The notes beneath the pieces are model-generated. The model did no database searches. It saw nothing but the letters and a program-made list of their open reading frames with translations, and had not been told where the DNA came from. A stretch of 64,000 bases of DNA from an uncultured cyanobacterium (GTDB lineage: Bacteria > Cyanobacteriota > Cyanobacteriia > Cyanobacteriales > CAWCAG01): positions 32,001 through 96,000 of the forward strand of contig CAWDOD010000005.1 of NCBI GenBank assembly GCA_963803805.1. The letters are read 5' to 3'. The position numbers were made by a program, and so were the translations under genes. Positions 63,426 through 64,000 of this stretch are shown here, in pieces (within the stretch, counting starts at the first letter, position 1; every line of letters starts with the position of its first letter).

Positions 63426-64000
63426 TTTTCCCTATGGCTAAAACTGCATTTTGTCCCCCAAAACCAAAACTAAAACATAGGGAGTTTTGAAAATTGCCTT
63501 GCTGTGGTTGAGTTAGTAGATTTAAAGCAAACTCAGACTCCTTTAAACCCACGCAAGGAGGTAAAATCTGTTGTTTTAAAGCGATTAGACTAAAGGCTGT
63601 ACCAATTGCTCCTGAAGCCCCTAAAGTATGGCCAGTAGACCCTTTTGTTGAACTTACTGCAACCCTTTGAGGAAAGACTTTCTCAATCAACCTTGCTTCG
63701 TTGCTGTCATTAAGTTCAGTACTTGTACCATGAGCATGGATGTAATTAATATCTTGAGGAAAAAGATTACTATTGTGCAAACATCGCTTAATGGCAGAAA
63801 TACCGCTACTACCGTCGGGGTTAGGGGCTGAAATATGATAACCATCAGCAGTTAAACCAAAACCTAAAATTGTCCCGTAAACTTTCGCCCCTCTTTCCCT
63901 AGCTAACTTTCCTGTTTCTAAAACTAAAACTGCCCCTCCTTCCCCCAAAGCTAAGCCCTCTCTCAAGAGATCAAAAGGATAGCAACCCGTTTTAGCTAAA
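63412..64000 (-). CDS. fabF: Beta-ketoacyl-ACP synthase (5' part outside the window)
   Basis: GEGGA, HAHGTST, STKGSTGHTLGASG, SFGFGGQNA. Confidence 0.8.
   Translation of the reverse strand, partial: LAKTGCYPFDLLREGLALGEGGAVLVLETGKLARERGAKVYGTILGFGLTADGYHISAPNPDGSSGISAIKRCLHNSNLFPQDINYIHAHGTSTELNDSNEARLIEKVFPQRVAVSSTKGSTGHTLGASGAIGTAFSLIALKQQILPPCVGLKESEFALNLLTQPQQGNFQNSLCFSFGFGGQNAVLAIGKTIAN

Overview
A 64-kb chromosomal segment from a cyanobacterium: petCA and ndhO are present, and I count about 29 HIP1 GCGATCGC sites by eye. Most of it is housekeeping and signalling genes: pgk, gpgS/gpgP, ileS, mutS2, dtd, thiO, cutA, tRNA-Arg(TCT), ssb, hppD, comB, guaA, cbiD, prlC, fabF, two receiver-linked adenylate cyclases and a hybrid kinase/diguanylate cyclase pair. 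An accessory island at about 4.5-13.2 kb holds a Uma2 nuclease gene interrupted by three IS elements (IS66, ISL3, IS982; all TIRs and 8-bp TSDs readable), a lone ~1016-aa SNF2 helicase, a DUF433 antitoxin whose toxin is deleted, and a PD-(D/E)XK nuclease. Several things are missed by the ORF track. (1) Two allelic versions of the hppD-comB intergenic cargo slot (SMI1/KNR4 versus XisH/XisI) are fused in tandem, carrying duplicated gene tails. (2) A ~190-bp protein-free IS200/IS605 element keeps a TnpB omega-RNA-type right end. (3) There is a Yfr2-like sRNA with a canonical promoter, a 38-aa 4-Cys microprotein, NtcA-like and LexA-like boxes, and an IS630 scar. A ZIP transporter carries an inserted cNMP-binding domain. 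Five single-base frameshifts (helicase, manC-like, guaA twice, prlC) look like consensus artefacts; four can be read as merged synonymous SNP alleles. No CRISPR array or rRNA was seen. All family assignments come from motif recognition, not database searches.
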